From Myxococcota bacterium (GTDB taxonomy: Bacteria; Myxococcota_A; Polyangia; JAAYKL01), in contig JASJCT010000034.1 of the NCBI GenBank assembly GCA_030065855.1, forward strand, positions 852 to 64,851: a stretch of 64,000 nucleotides of DNA. Direction: 5' to 3'. Position 1 is the stretch's first letter. Every line of letters begins with the position of its first letter. This document shows positions 23,982 to 31,993 of the stretch, piece by piece. The notes under the pieces were generated by a model. The model saw only the letters and a list, made by a program, of their open reading frames with translations. It ran no database searches and had not been told where the DNA came from. The position numbers were made by a program, and so were the translations under genes.

Positions 23982-26075
23982 CTACTCCGTTTTCAGCTGT
24001 TTCTTTTGCAGCTCGGTTACCTTCTGTGAGAGCTCCTGAACCGATTTGATCAGCGAGCTAATCAACTCGGTATAACAGATCCCCAGCGTTCCATCGGCAT
24101 CTGAATAGGCTGCGTGTTCCACACCAAGCGCGTCTAATGTATCTTTGAACTCCTGCGCAATCAAGCCGTGATGGACACCGCCGCCTTTCTTCCACCGGAA
24201 CTGCACCGGCTTGAGGGCATTGATGAACTCAAGCCCCAGATTCTCCGGTTCGATTGCAGTTTTTTCGTTTCTATCTGATGTCTGAATAGTGCCGTTTTTC
24301 GCATAAACTCTGTACCATCTTTTGGATGAATACCCCAAATTCTGCTGTCCATCCGCACCAGGCAGCAGACCGCCATTTCGTCCAACCAGCCGCAGTACCT
24401 CGTGATTACCGTCAGATGAAAAGAGGAAATCACCGCCAGAGCTCGAATTCCCGACATCACTCGCAAATTCCATTCCGCCATGGCTCTCTAGCCTCAAACT
24501 TTGGGCAGTTGACATCGTTCTTTCCGCTATTGTCGTCGCTTCTATTGTCGTCGCTTCTATTGTCGTCGCTTCAAGCGTTGTCGCTTCAAGCGTGTGGGTG
24601 TGCCAACTGCTATTACCTACTCTACCCAGTGAATTGACTCGCTGCTCGGGATCTTCAATATGGATGTCGCTATGAATGTATGAACCGATCAGGACGAAGT
24701 TGGACTGTGGAGCGATACCCCCACAGCTCAGCTGCGGAAGCGTCGAACCGTTGCGTTTGGCCTCAAATCTCCCGTTAAGGAAAGTAACCCCCTCAACACC
24801 TTTGCCTTCGATCTTCAACAACTCAAAAATACTTACCCCTGACGGTGTGGTCTCTTGGAATATGCAATTGATAAAAAGGTTCCCATAAGACTTGGCTCTC
24901 CATAGCTCGGGTTGGGAAGAGATTTTCACGCGCTTGTTGTAGAGCCACAGACAGTGCTTTGTGCCTCGATATCGACAGTTGGTCCAGGTATTTTCGTTTG
25001 TCGCGCGATTATTTTCAAACGACACATCATTAGGTAAGTCATCCACATTCCCAACGATTAGCCCTATCCCATCTGCCCCTTCGGGATATCCACAAATGCT
25101 CTTAAACTGATTATTGATCGCCTCTGTTCGCTCATCACTGTACCTGTAGACGCGATGCGCGACTTGAAAGCCTCTGATACGGATATTTTCAAAAATGCCA
25201 TTGTACGTGCAGGTGTCCAGACCGGCGACAAATCCACCGCCGGCGGCGCCTGGAAGAATAATAAAATTCCTGGCGATTTGAGATCGTCCAACAAATGTAA
25301 TCGCTGCCTCGTTGGAGACAGTTCCCTGCTGATTGTTTCTTTCGATTATGAAACCCGCTGATTTTCGGTTAGTAGTATAAATGTAGGTATCTGCTGCCTC
25401 GGGTCCGGTGAGGCAGAGCTTTTGCTTTTCAAAACATATCGTACTTGTCGGCCTTAAAAATATGGGGGAACTAGGGAGTTTGACGGTGATAGTGGGTTCC
25501 TCGGGATCATCAGGTTCATCTAAATCGATGAGGGCATTGACAAAGTCAACGACTCGCTGAAACGCTTGGGTGTCGTCTTCGAAGCCGTCGGCTGTCACAC
25601 CAAACCACTTCACGTGAATTGTGCCCTGCTGATAAATTCGCTTCCATCGGCCCTGGCCTATGTTTGAATTGATGACCGTCCCTCCATCGTCGGCTGCTTG
25701 GTCTCCTTCAATCCACTGAAAAAAACCTCCGCCACCGTCGTTTTCATTGTAGTAGCCCGCAACGTACACTATTTGACCATCGGCCATACCCGCATAGTTT
25801 TTGAGTTCACTATCAATGTTCGAGAGCACTGTGCAGCCATGAGCCCTGTGATGTAATCGGGTATCGTCCTCGCTTAAGTCAATACCTTTGACGGCGAGCG
25901 GCAGCCCTTCCTCACATTGTTGATTCCCAGCTGCGAGCAATCCAGCTGCACCAAAGCCAGCATAAGTCAGGAACTGCCGTCGACTGTTTTCTCGTTTTTC
26001 ATCGACGGTGGATTCAGTTTGTTCTTCTGCCGAACCACAATCACTATTGATTGAAGTCAAAAATCGCTTAACCAT
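23982..26075 (-). CDS. Tat-signal secreted tailspike-like protein: pectate-lyase-type beta-helix + C-terminal peptidase S74 intramolecular chaperone domain
   Basis: SRRQFLTYAGFGAAGLLAAG (twin-arginine). IHVKWFGVTADGFEDDTQAFQRVVDF (Pectate_lyase_3-like start of the beta-helix). The C-terminus SDRNEKTAIEP..LGLEFINALKPVQFRWKK...HHGLIAQEF...YTELISSLIKSVQEL is typical of endosialidase/tail-fibre S74 chaperone domains. Start at ATG 26075 (GGAGG upstream). Confidence 0.75.
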   Translation of the reverse strand: MVKRFLTSINSDCGSAEEQTESTVDEKRENSRRQFLTYAGFGAAGLLAAGNQQCEEGLPLAVKGIDLSEDDTRLHHRAHGCTVLSNIDSELKNYAGMADGQIVYVAGYYNENDGGGGFFQWIEGDQAADDGGTVINSNIGQGRWKRIYQQGTIHVKWFGVTADGFEDDTQAFQRVVDFVNALIDLDEPDDPEEPTITVKLPSSPIFLRPTSTICFEKQKLCLTGPEAADTYIYTTNRKSAGFIIERNNQQGTVSNEAAITFVGRSQIARNFIILPGAAGGGFVAGLDTCTYNGIFENIRIRGFQVAHRVYRYSDERTEAINNQFKSICGYPEGADGIGLIVGNVDDLPNDVSFENNRATNENTWTNCRYRGTKHCLWLYNKRVKISSQPELWRAKSYGNLFINCIFQETTPSGVSIFELLKIEGKGVEGVTFLNGRFEAKRNGSTLPQLSCGGIAPQSNFVLIGSYIHSDIHIEDPEQRVNSLGRVGNSSWHTHTLEATTLEATTIEATTIEATTIAERTMSTAQSLRLESHGGMEFASDVGNSSSGGDFLFSSDGNHEVLRLVGRNGGLLPGADGQQNLGYSSKRWYRVYAKNGTIQTSDRNEKTAIEPENLGLEFINALKPVQFRWKKGGGVHHGLIAQEFKDTLDALGVEHAAYSDADGTLGICYTELISSLIKSVQELSQKVTELQKKQLKTE
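24526..24592. repeat. 15-bp in-frame tandem repeat (4-5 copies) encoding EATT(I/L) pentapeptides
   Basis: tctattgtcgtcgct x3 then tcaagcgttgtcgct x2. The protein shows LEATTLEATTIEATTIEATTIA. Confidence 0.85.
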
Positions 26076-26150
26076 AAAAACCTCCATTTGGATTTCATTC
26101 AAACTATAGAAATAGAACCATTCATGATACCAACTGTCAAGAGATTAAAC

Positions 26151-26776
26151 CTAGCACTACCTGATTAGGCCGAACGCTTGATTAGCGCGGCAGTATGATG
26201 ATCTGCAGAATGTATGTCGACGTTTGCATCATTATGGGACAGTCTTGACGAATTTCTGACCAGCCACCTCGAAGGACTGGAAAACGAGCAGCGAGTAAAA
26301 GCGCTTGCTTGGTATTGTCAAGGATTGGGATTCGAGGTTGAAGCAAAAACCGCGCTTGGGCTAACCTCTGTTATGGCTCTAGGCTCGGTACAAGAGACGC
26401 GTCAGCGTATGCAGCGAGCACTGCAGCGCGGAAGGTTCTCTCACGATACGATCTTTTTGCTGCTTCAGGAGACAGTCTTCGAATCAGGGCAGATACAAGC
26501 TTACTGCATTGATGACACCGGCATCGCGAAAAAGCACGTAAGTTCAAAAAGATTGTTTGGCGAGTGGGCACCAAAGGTCCTCTCGAAGCTGCGTTTGCTG
26601 CATTGAGCGTGCGTAGCGCCGAGCGGTGAACCAAGAAATCTCTGCCTAGCGAAGAATAATTGAATGATTATCGAAGAGCTGTCGCACAGGTCCTCATTCG
26701 ATGGGTTGGCCACTATCCACCTTGCCAACGACCCTTCGAACGGTTTCCAGGAAGGTGGCTAATCAGGTAGTGCTAG
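26151..26776 (+). mobile_element. internally deleted IS701-like element with perfect 18-bp terminal inverted repeats
   Basis: ctagcactacctgattag at 26151-26168 is the exact reverse complement of ctaatcaggtagtgctag at 26759-26776. Only 626 bp lie between the ends, containing a truncated transposase N-terminus. Confidence 0.8.
26214..26606 (+). pseudogene. IS701-family transposase N-terminal fragment
   Basis: ...RVKALAWYCQGL...QRMQRALQRGRFSHD...AYCIDDTGIAKK matches the N-terminal region through the first catalytic-Asp region of IS701-type transposases. The sequence degenerates after DDTGIAKK and stops. Confidence 0.7.
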
Positions 26777-27552
26777 TGTTTGCCCGGCCTCAATTTGTCC
26801 TTGGGCACATCTGCGTCATAGGGATATCCTCGAGCCACCCAATAGCCCTCTATCGGTTTGTCATCGAGTTCGATTCGATAAACATATTTTGCACTCTTGT
26901 ATGCCCATTTACGGGGAACCACAATACGCAGGGGAAAACCGTGTTTTAGCGGCAGGGTCGAACAGTCGATGCCATAGGCCAGCAGGGTTTTGGGTTCGAG
27001 AGCCACATCTAAAGGCAGAGATTCGTTATAGATATCTTGAATGGTGTGGAAGGTGACATGGGTTGCAGAATCAAAGGGTTTGGCCATGTCGAACAGGGTT
27101 TTGAGATGCAAGCCATTCCAGGGGATATCTTCAATGGTCCAGCCTTCGACGCAGTGGAAATCGGTCACCTGGGCCTGGGCGGTCAAGCTCAATAGATCTG
27201 CAAAGGATAGCGTAATCGGTTGTTCAACCAATCCATCCACGCGCAACTGCCACTGTTTAAGGATCTGTGCCATATCCTGAATATCCACGGTACGCTCTCC
27301 CCAGTCTTTGTAAACCCCGTGAATCTCGTCTCCGGGGTGAAATAGCAGGTTCCCTTGGTCTGCACACGCATCATTGGGTATAGCACCGTCGTCGTTTGAG
27401 TTTTCGTCTGGTAAGTTCTCGTCATCAACGGCACAGCTCGCTATTAAATCGCCGGTCAAGGTCAACACCGTGGCCTTGCCCAACCAGTCAATCCAGGACC
27501 GTCTGGTGAATGGTTGTTCCAAGATGCTTTGTATATTTTTCTTTTTGGGCAT
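26773..27552 (-). CDS. Tat-exported molybdopterin-dependent oxidoreductase (sulfite-oxidase/MsrP-YedY fold)
   Basis: RRSWIDWLGKATVLTL Tat-like signal. The FHCVEGWTIEDIPWNGLHL motif is typical of the Oxidored_molyb domain. The stop codon (26773-26775) lies within the IS terminal repeat. Confidence 0.8.
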   Translation of the reverse strand: MPKKKNIQSILEQPFTRRSWIDWLGKATVLTLTGDLIASCAVDDENLPDENSNDDGAIPNDACADQGNLLFHPGDEIHGVYKDWGERTVDIQDMAQILKQWQLRVDGLVEQPITLSFADLLSLTAQAQVTDFHCVEGWTIEDIPWNGLHLKTLFDMAKPFDSATHVTFHTIQDIYNESLPLDVALEPKTLLAYGIDCSTLPLKHGFPLRIVVPRKWAYKSAKYVYRIELDDKPIEGYWVARGYPYDADVPKDKLRPGKH

Positions 27553-27595
27553 GCGCAGGCCTCCTTATCTGTAAGAGTCCTGTGCATCAGAATCG

Positions 27596-27872
27596 TTACG
27601 GGGGGAGAGGGGGCAGAGACAGAGGGGACACAGAGGGGACGGAGGTTATATCCATTTTGATTGAGGAGAGCAAAGAGAAGGACGGAGGTCATATCCATTC
27701 AAATTGGGTCTCGGATTGAATAAGCCATGAAATAATGGACATTTAGGCAAAGAACCCAATACCGAGAGCGGCGAAAAGAGATGGCGAATGGCGAGTCCGC
27801 CGTCAAAATAGTCGATGCTGAATAGCTGAGTCTTCTATAATCGTTCACCTCCGTCCCTGGATTCCTGGATTC
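27596..27872 (+). repeat. copy A of a dispersed repeat bounded by an inverted 11-nt core GGGACGGAGGT / ACCTCCGTCCC
   Basis: GA-rich lead-in, two tandem gggacggaggtYatatccat units, then ~150 bp nearly identical to 30698-30860, ending in ttcacctccgtccctggattcctggatt. Confidence 0.8.
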
Positions 27873-27916
27873 TCCTGATTTTGGGGCTGGAAATTAACTA
27901 GGCGGGAATGGTCCGC

Positions 27917-29851
27917 TTATCGGGTTCTTGCCTGTGGATGTGTACCGTCGAAATACGGTGTTTTCGGGGCGGGCGGCGGACTTCCCTTGCCTTCCTCCTC
28001 TCCCAGGGCCACCGCGCGCAGGGTGGTCCAGAATAGCTCCCCGGTCAATTGCAGCACCACGGGTTCGACTTTGTCCGGTGTATCCTGAGGCGTGTGGTAA
28101 ATACCGCTATGATCGCTCCAGTACTGGGTCTGCCCGTAGCAGTAGGAAATCCCGGCATTGTTGAACGCCGCGTGATCAGAGCCATTGTGCTCGCCGGAGG
28201 GGGCAATATCCCAGCTAAAGCCCTCGGCCTGAGCTTGGGCGATCATGGTATCGGTCAGCCAGCGATTGTCGCTTTCGTTTCCACCGGTAAGCTGCATACC
28301 CGTGCCAGATCCCGCGCCGACCATGTCCAGATTGAAATAGGCTTTGGTCTTTTCCAGGGGAAACGAAGGACTTGAATTGACATAGTGTTTCGATCCCAAA
28401 AGGCCCATCTCCTCCGCGTTCCAGGTGGCGAACACGGTGGTTCGCTTGGGGACAATATCGCACCATCTGAATTGGCGTGCTGACTCCAGTACCGTTGACA
28501 CTCCCGACGCGTTATCGTCGGCACCGGGGTACAGATTGCCTTGTTCGTCGATACCGAGGTGATCCATGTGCGCACCGATGATCGTCACCTCTGGATCTGG
28601 ATCTGTGCCGGTGATGGCGCCCACCACGTTGGCGGTTTCCACCATGGTCTCGTTGACCGTGACCGTCATCTTTGCATCGATGGCTAATTGGCGGCTATTG
28701 GGCGACAGGGTGGCGTCGATGCTTGCACTCCAGCCGTTCAGTGCCGGAATCGCACGGACCAACTTTTCGCGTGAGACATAGAACACCGGGAAGCTGCTGT
28801 CGTGATACGCTTCGTCGATGAAATAACGACGGTGATCGAAGTCCCTGCGATCCCGGAAATTCGGTACGATGATCATGCCGGCGGCCCCATGCTTCTTGGC
28901 GCTGGCGGCCTTGTAGCCAAAATCCCAAAGGCAGTGGGATCCTTCGCAAAGGGTGGGATCGACCGGGCAATGATTAAAAGTGTCGTTGTCATCGTTGGGT
29001 CCATAGCGCAGAGCGACGACGATTTTCCCGGTCAAATCCCCGAGTTTTTCATAGTCATTATAGCCTTTTGAGCTCAGCGGGCATTTCGGATACGCGCTGC
29101 GATCGTACGCCGGGACCACCATGCCATAGCCGGCAAAGACGACTTGGCCTGTGACGGAACCACTACCCGAGCGGTACAGAACCTTGAAATTATCTCTATG
29201 AGCAAATGTCTCTTTGCCGATGGAGAGGGAAGGTTGGCCCACGACTTTGAATACCTTGGTATTGAACACCTGTCGGTAGGTGCCGTTGTCTCCGGCTGGC
29301 TCCAGATTGTAGGCCGCCATGACCCCTTCGATATACTGCAATGCCAGCTCGTTGCCCTCTGTTCCCGGCTCACGTCCGGCAAACTCCTCGCTGGCCAAAT
29401 GGGCCACCTCGTCCCACATCCGATCGCCATCGACGACACCACATTCCCCTTCTTCTTCGGTATCTGTGTCTGATTCTGAGCCTGTATCGGTATCGGTATC
29501 CGCATCGGTGTCCGCGTCGGTGTCGGTATCGGTGTCCGCGTCGGTGTCGGTATCGGTATCCGCATCAGAGTCGGTATCGGTATCCGCATCAGAGTCGGTA
29601 TCGGTGTCCGCATCAGAGTCTGCATCCGAATCGGTATCCGTGTCCCCGTCAGCATCGCTATCTGCGTCACTGTCAGCGTCACTGTCGGCATCTGAGTCGG
29701 AATCCGTATCTGCGTCGCTATCCGAGTCACTGTCGGCATCACTGTCCGCATCCGAACCACTGTCATCCGGATCTGATGAGCAGTTAATAGTGTTAACACT
29801 GAAAAATACTAGAATTAGCACCATAAAGGCACAACGCATCGACTTCACCAT
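27917..29851 (-). CDS. secreted M28-family aminopeptidase with PA domain and N-terminal Asp-rich repeat region
   Basis: Signal peptide. About 100 aa of [11 protein letters not shown] repeats. M28 metal ligands read as [31 protein letters not shown]. Confidence 0.85.
   Translation of the reverse strand: MVKSMRCAFMVLILVFFSVNTINCSSDPDDSGSDADSDADSDSDSDADTDSDSDADSDADSDADSDADGDTDTDSDADSDADTDTDSDADTDTDSDADTDTDTDADTDTDTDADTDADTDTDTGSESDTDTEEEGECGVVDGDRMWDEVAHLASEEFAGREPGTEGNELALQYIEGVMAAYNLEPAGDNGTYRQVFNTKVFKVVGQPSLSIGKETFAHRDNFKVLYRSGSGSVTGQVVFAGYGMVVPAYDRSAYPKCPLSSKGYNDYEKLGDLTGKIVVALRYGPNDDNDTFNHCPVDPTLCEGSHCLWDFGYKAASAKKHGAAGMIIVPNFRDRRDFDHRRYFIDEAYHDSSFPVFYVSREKLVRAIPALNGWSASIDATLSPNSRQLAIDAKMTVTVNETMVETANVVGAITGTDPDPEVTIIGAHMDHLGIDEQGNLYPGADDNASGVSTVLESARQFRWCDIVPKRTTVFATWNAEEMGLLGSKHYVNSSPSFPLEKTKAYFNLDMVGAGSGTGMQLTGGNESDNRWLTDTMIAQAQAEGFSWDIAPSGEHNGSDHAAFNNAGISYCYGQTQYWSDHSGIYHTPQDTPDKVEPVVLQLTGELFWTTLRAVALGEEEGKGSPPPAPKTPYFDGTHPQARTR
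29462..29776. repeat. in-frame Asp-Ser/Thr-Asp-Ala hexanucleotide/dodecanucleotide repeats (coding)
   Basis: Reiterated gtcggtatc / gtcagagtc type units encode (D-S/T-D-A)n on the minus strand. This also creates long spurious plus-strand ORFs. Confidence 0.85.
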
Positions 29852-30283
29852 TGTTTACTCCTTGCTTCCCGTTGGGATAGCTTCGAAAGGACCGGTCAAA
29901 ATGGCCATTTTTTGCTTTACAACTCCAAAAGGGCAGGCACGAGGGCCTGTCCCTACGTCAAGTTCGACATCGTATGTAGGGGCGGCCCCCTGAGGGTGTC
30001 CTTGGGCCTCGATAAAATTGTAAAGATGATTGACCGGACCCGTTTCAAATGAGTTATCTGAATAAAATTGTTGAATATTATTAACTCCTTGTAGAGTGCT
30101 AGGGGTTCCTTATGCCAATGTGAATATATCATGCCTTAAAATGAATAGGAATAAGAACGACATCTTTAGAGCGCATGCGGCATGAATCGTGGCGTATTTG
30201 ACGAGTCATCCCCTAGAAGGGGGGATCCATGAACGTAAAGCACTGATAGATTATTTTTCTTATATTCCATTTATTAACATATC

Positions 30284-30905
30284 AAAAGAGAGGGGAGAGA
30301 GGGGACGGAGGTCATATCCATTTAAATTGGGCCTCGGATAAATCAAACACAAAACGCATCGATAATCTGACTGACATCATTGCTGATGTTGCATTGAATT
30401 GATATTGATTGGGTATTCCTTAAGTTTGATCCCCATTCTGGTGGATTTTAGGAACAACGCGGCCGACTTCGTGGGTGTGGTTTCCCATCAGGCAGTATCC
30501 ATGGACCTTTATGTCCTTTATGAAGCTTCCGGTATAGGTATCGAACAGCGCATTGAGATAGTAGTATTTTTCGGCATCCTGGGCAAAGACGTACTCTCGA
30601 TTATGGGCTCGCCACATCTTGTGGAAGACACCGGTAACGGCCAGGGAAAGAGATCTTGGAACGCGCATGCGAGAAATGAGTATCAATCCTTGTGCCAAAT
30701 GAATAAGCCATGAAATAATGGACATTTAGGCAAAGAACCCAAAACCGAGTGCGGCGAAAAGAGATGGCGAATGGCGAGTCCGCCACCAAAATCGCCGATG
30801 CTGACCAGCTGAGTCTTCCAAAATCGTTCACCTCCGTCCCTGGATTTTTGTTCACCTCCGTTCCTGGATTTTTTCACCTCCGTCCCTGGATTCCTGGATT
30901 CCTAT
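30284..30905 (+). mobile_element. copy B of the GGGACGGAGGT-bounded repeat, carrying an HUH (Y1) transposase remnant
   Basis: The left end 30303-30338 matches 27681-27716. The right part 30698-30905 matches 27717-27872, with the acctccgtcc unit triplicated. A 353-bp copy-specific segment (30345-30697) lies between them. Confidence 0.75.
30420..30668 (-). pseudogene. truncated IS200/RAYT-like HUH tyrosine transposase (N-terminal ~80 aa only)
   Basis: MRVPRSL..VTGVFHKMWRAHNREYVFAQDAEKYYYLNAL...IKVHGYCLMGNHTHEV follows the pattern PR..G.YH...RGN.R..IF.D..D...FL......HAYCLM.NH.H of Y1 transposases. The ORF ends shortly after the HUH motif and the catalytic Tyr region is absent. Confidence 0.65.
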
Positions 30906-30907
30906 CC

Positions 30908-31501
30908 TTACCCTTCAAAATCACGCCGTCCGATGATATCCGCGCTGTGGGCTATCACCCGTTCGGGGAATCCGAACATCGTGAAATCGAAAATCAGCGC
31001 CGCCACGGCAAAGGGAACCATCTCCATGAAGTCGTAGGACCTAAACGTCAAAATCAATCCGTAGATGGCCACTGATTCGTGCATCGCGATGATGATGATG
31101 AAGGGCGTGAACACCTGAGCGAACATTCGAAAAAGGGTTCGCTCCTTGAGGGGGAGCGCGTTAATCGCGGCTACGCGGTCAGTATTGGTAGCTTCGGTCG
31201 AAAGGGGCGGCAAAGCTCCCTGTTTGAGGCCATCGTAGATTTTTCGTAGTTTCTTTTCTAATCTTTCGCGGGAAAAGGCATAAAACCGAAAAACGTTCGC
31301 CCCAACCAATGTCACCGCTGCGACAAGGGTCAGGGCCAACGTGAGAGTCTCGTTCACGGGAACCACTTCGTCGCTCTGATTAGCCACCGTGTAACCGATA
31401 TACATGTACACGAAAATCGATACGATTAACCCGATGAGTAGTATCCGCGGGACTTTGAACGCGGGTTTGGCCAGCTCAAGGTATTGCGATGAGAGTTCCA
31501 T
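30908..31501 (-). CDS. hypothetical integral membrane protein (about 4 TM)
   Basis: Start at ATG 31501 (AAGGAG 6 nt upstream). Hydrophobic helices ILLIGLIVSIFVYMYIGY, LTLALTLVAAVTLVGANVF, VFTPFIIIIAMHESVAIYGLIL, VPFAVAALIFDF. No family recognised. Confidence 0.45.
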   Translation of the reverse strand: MELSSQYLELAKPAFKVPRILLIGLIVSIFVYMYIGYTVANQSDEVVPVNETLTLALTLVAAVTLVGANVFRFYAFSRERLEKKLRKIYDGLKQGALPPLSTEATNTDRVAAINALPLKERTLFRMFAQVFTPFIIIIAMHESVAIYGLILTFRSYDFMEMVPFAVAALIFDFTMFGFPERVIAHSADIIGRRDFEG

Positions 31502-31707
31502 CAATGCTCCTTTTTTAAGGTGTGTCCCAAACTCTTCCTGGGCATACATGGTTCTCGTGTGAATATCAATCGCCAGGCGCGGGACCAGCTAGTTGGAAAA
31601 AGTGGATTCTTTAGCACTTTTAAGAAAATCACTCTCTTCAAAAATGGGTTGACGATAAGGTATTTAGGTAATAATCTAAATATTCAGATGGCGAACTGGA
31701 AGCATTC

Positions 31708-31992
31708 ATGAGCAGTGACAAACTATTCAAAGCCCTATCCGATCGGACTCGACGGAAAATTATCGCTCTGCTACGGGAGCGAGATATGACTGCTGGTGAT
31801 ATTGCCTCTCACTTTGACATGTCTAAACCATCAATCAGTGAACATCTAAAGATCCTGCGGAATGCAGACGTGGTGTTTTCTGAGAAACATGGGCAATACG
31901 TGATCTATTCGCTCAATGCCACAGTGTTTCACGAGATGATCAACTTCCTTATGAACTTGGTTGATCGCAACAAAGAACCGGATGGAGATTAA
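31708..31992 (+). CDS. ArsR/SmtB-family transcriptional regulator (SdpR-like)
   Basis: LSDRTRRKIIALLRERDMTAGDIASHFDMSKPSISEHLKILRNADVV is a winged HTH of the ArsR type. 94 aa. Confidence 0.85.
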   Translation: MSSDKLFKALSDRTRRKIIALLRERDMTAGDIASHFDMSKPSISEHLKILRNADVVFSEKHGQYVIYSLNATVFHEMINFLMNLVDRNKEPDGD

Positions 31993-31993
31993 T

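Noticed and set aside
11324-26606. IS701 N-terminal fragment (26214-26606, plus strand) and C-terminal fragment (11324-11842, minus strand) read as two halves of one transposase split by a 15-kb inversion.
   Set aside because: The orientation is compatible, but about 130 aa of the middle of the protein would still be missing. In addition, the 26-kb fragment is enclosed by its own pair of perfect TIRs. They are better explained as two separate decayed copies.
29470-29760. Highly regular short repeats that might be mistaken for a CRISPR array. The same applies at 24526-24592 and 6981-7052.
   Set aside because: The units are 6-21 bp, contiguous with no spacers, in frame and inside well-supported genes. 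No cas genes are in the window.
29319-29993. Long plus-strand ORFs (224 and 148 aa) rich in Ser/Val/Ala or Arg/Pro/His, opposite the M28 peptidase gene. Similar antisense ORFs lie opposite rpsF (2388-2891) and the 54.8-kb Asp-repeat tail.
   Set aside because: They are mirror-frame artefacts of the Asp-codon repeats (gtc/atc/gtcgga) in the real minus-strand or plus-strand genes. They have no start context or family signal.
29925-30005. G-rich imperfect palindrome (gggcaggcacgagggcctgtccctac ... gtaggggcggccccctgagggtg). It translates to GQARGPVPT...VGAAP, reminiscent of low-complexity inserts seen in some RAYT-type transposases. NHLY lies nearby on the minus strand.
   Set aside because: The resemblance rests only on my memory of short low-complexity strings. 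No continuous ORF, HUH-Tyr pair or second copy was seen. It is worth one BLASTN check against the genome, but I make no call.
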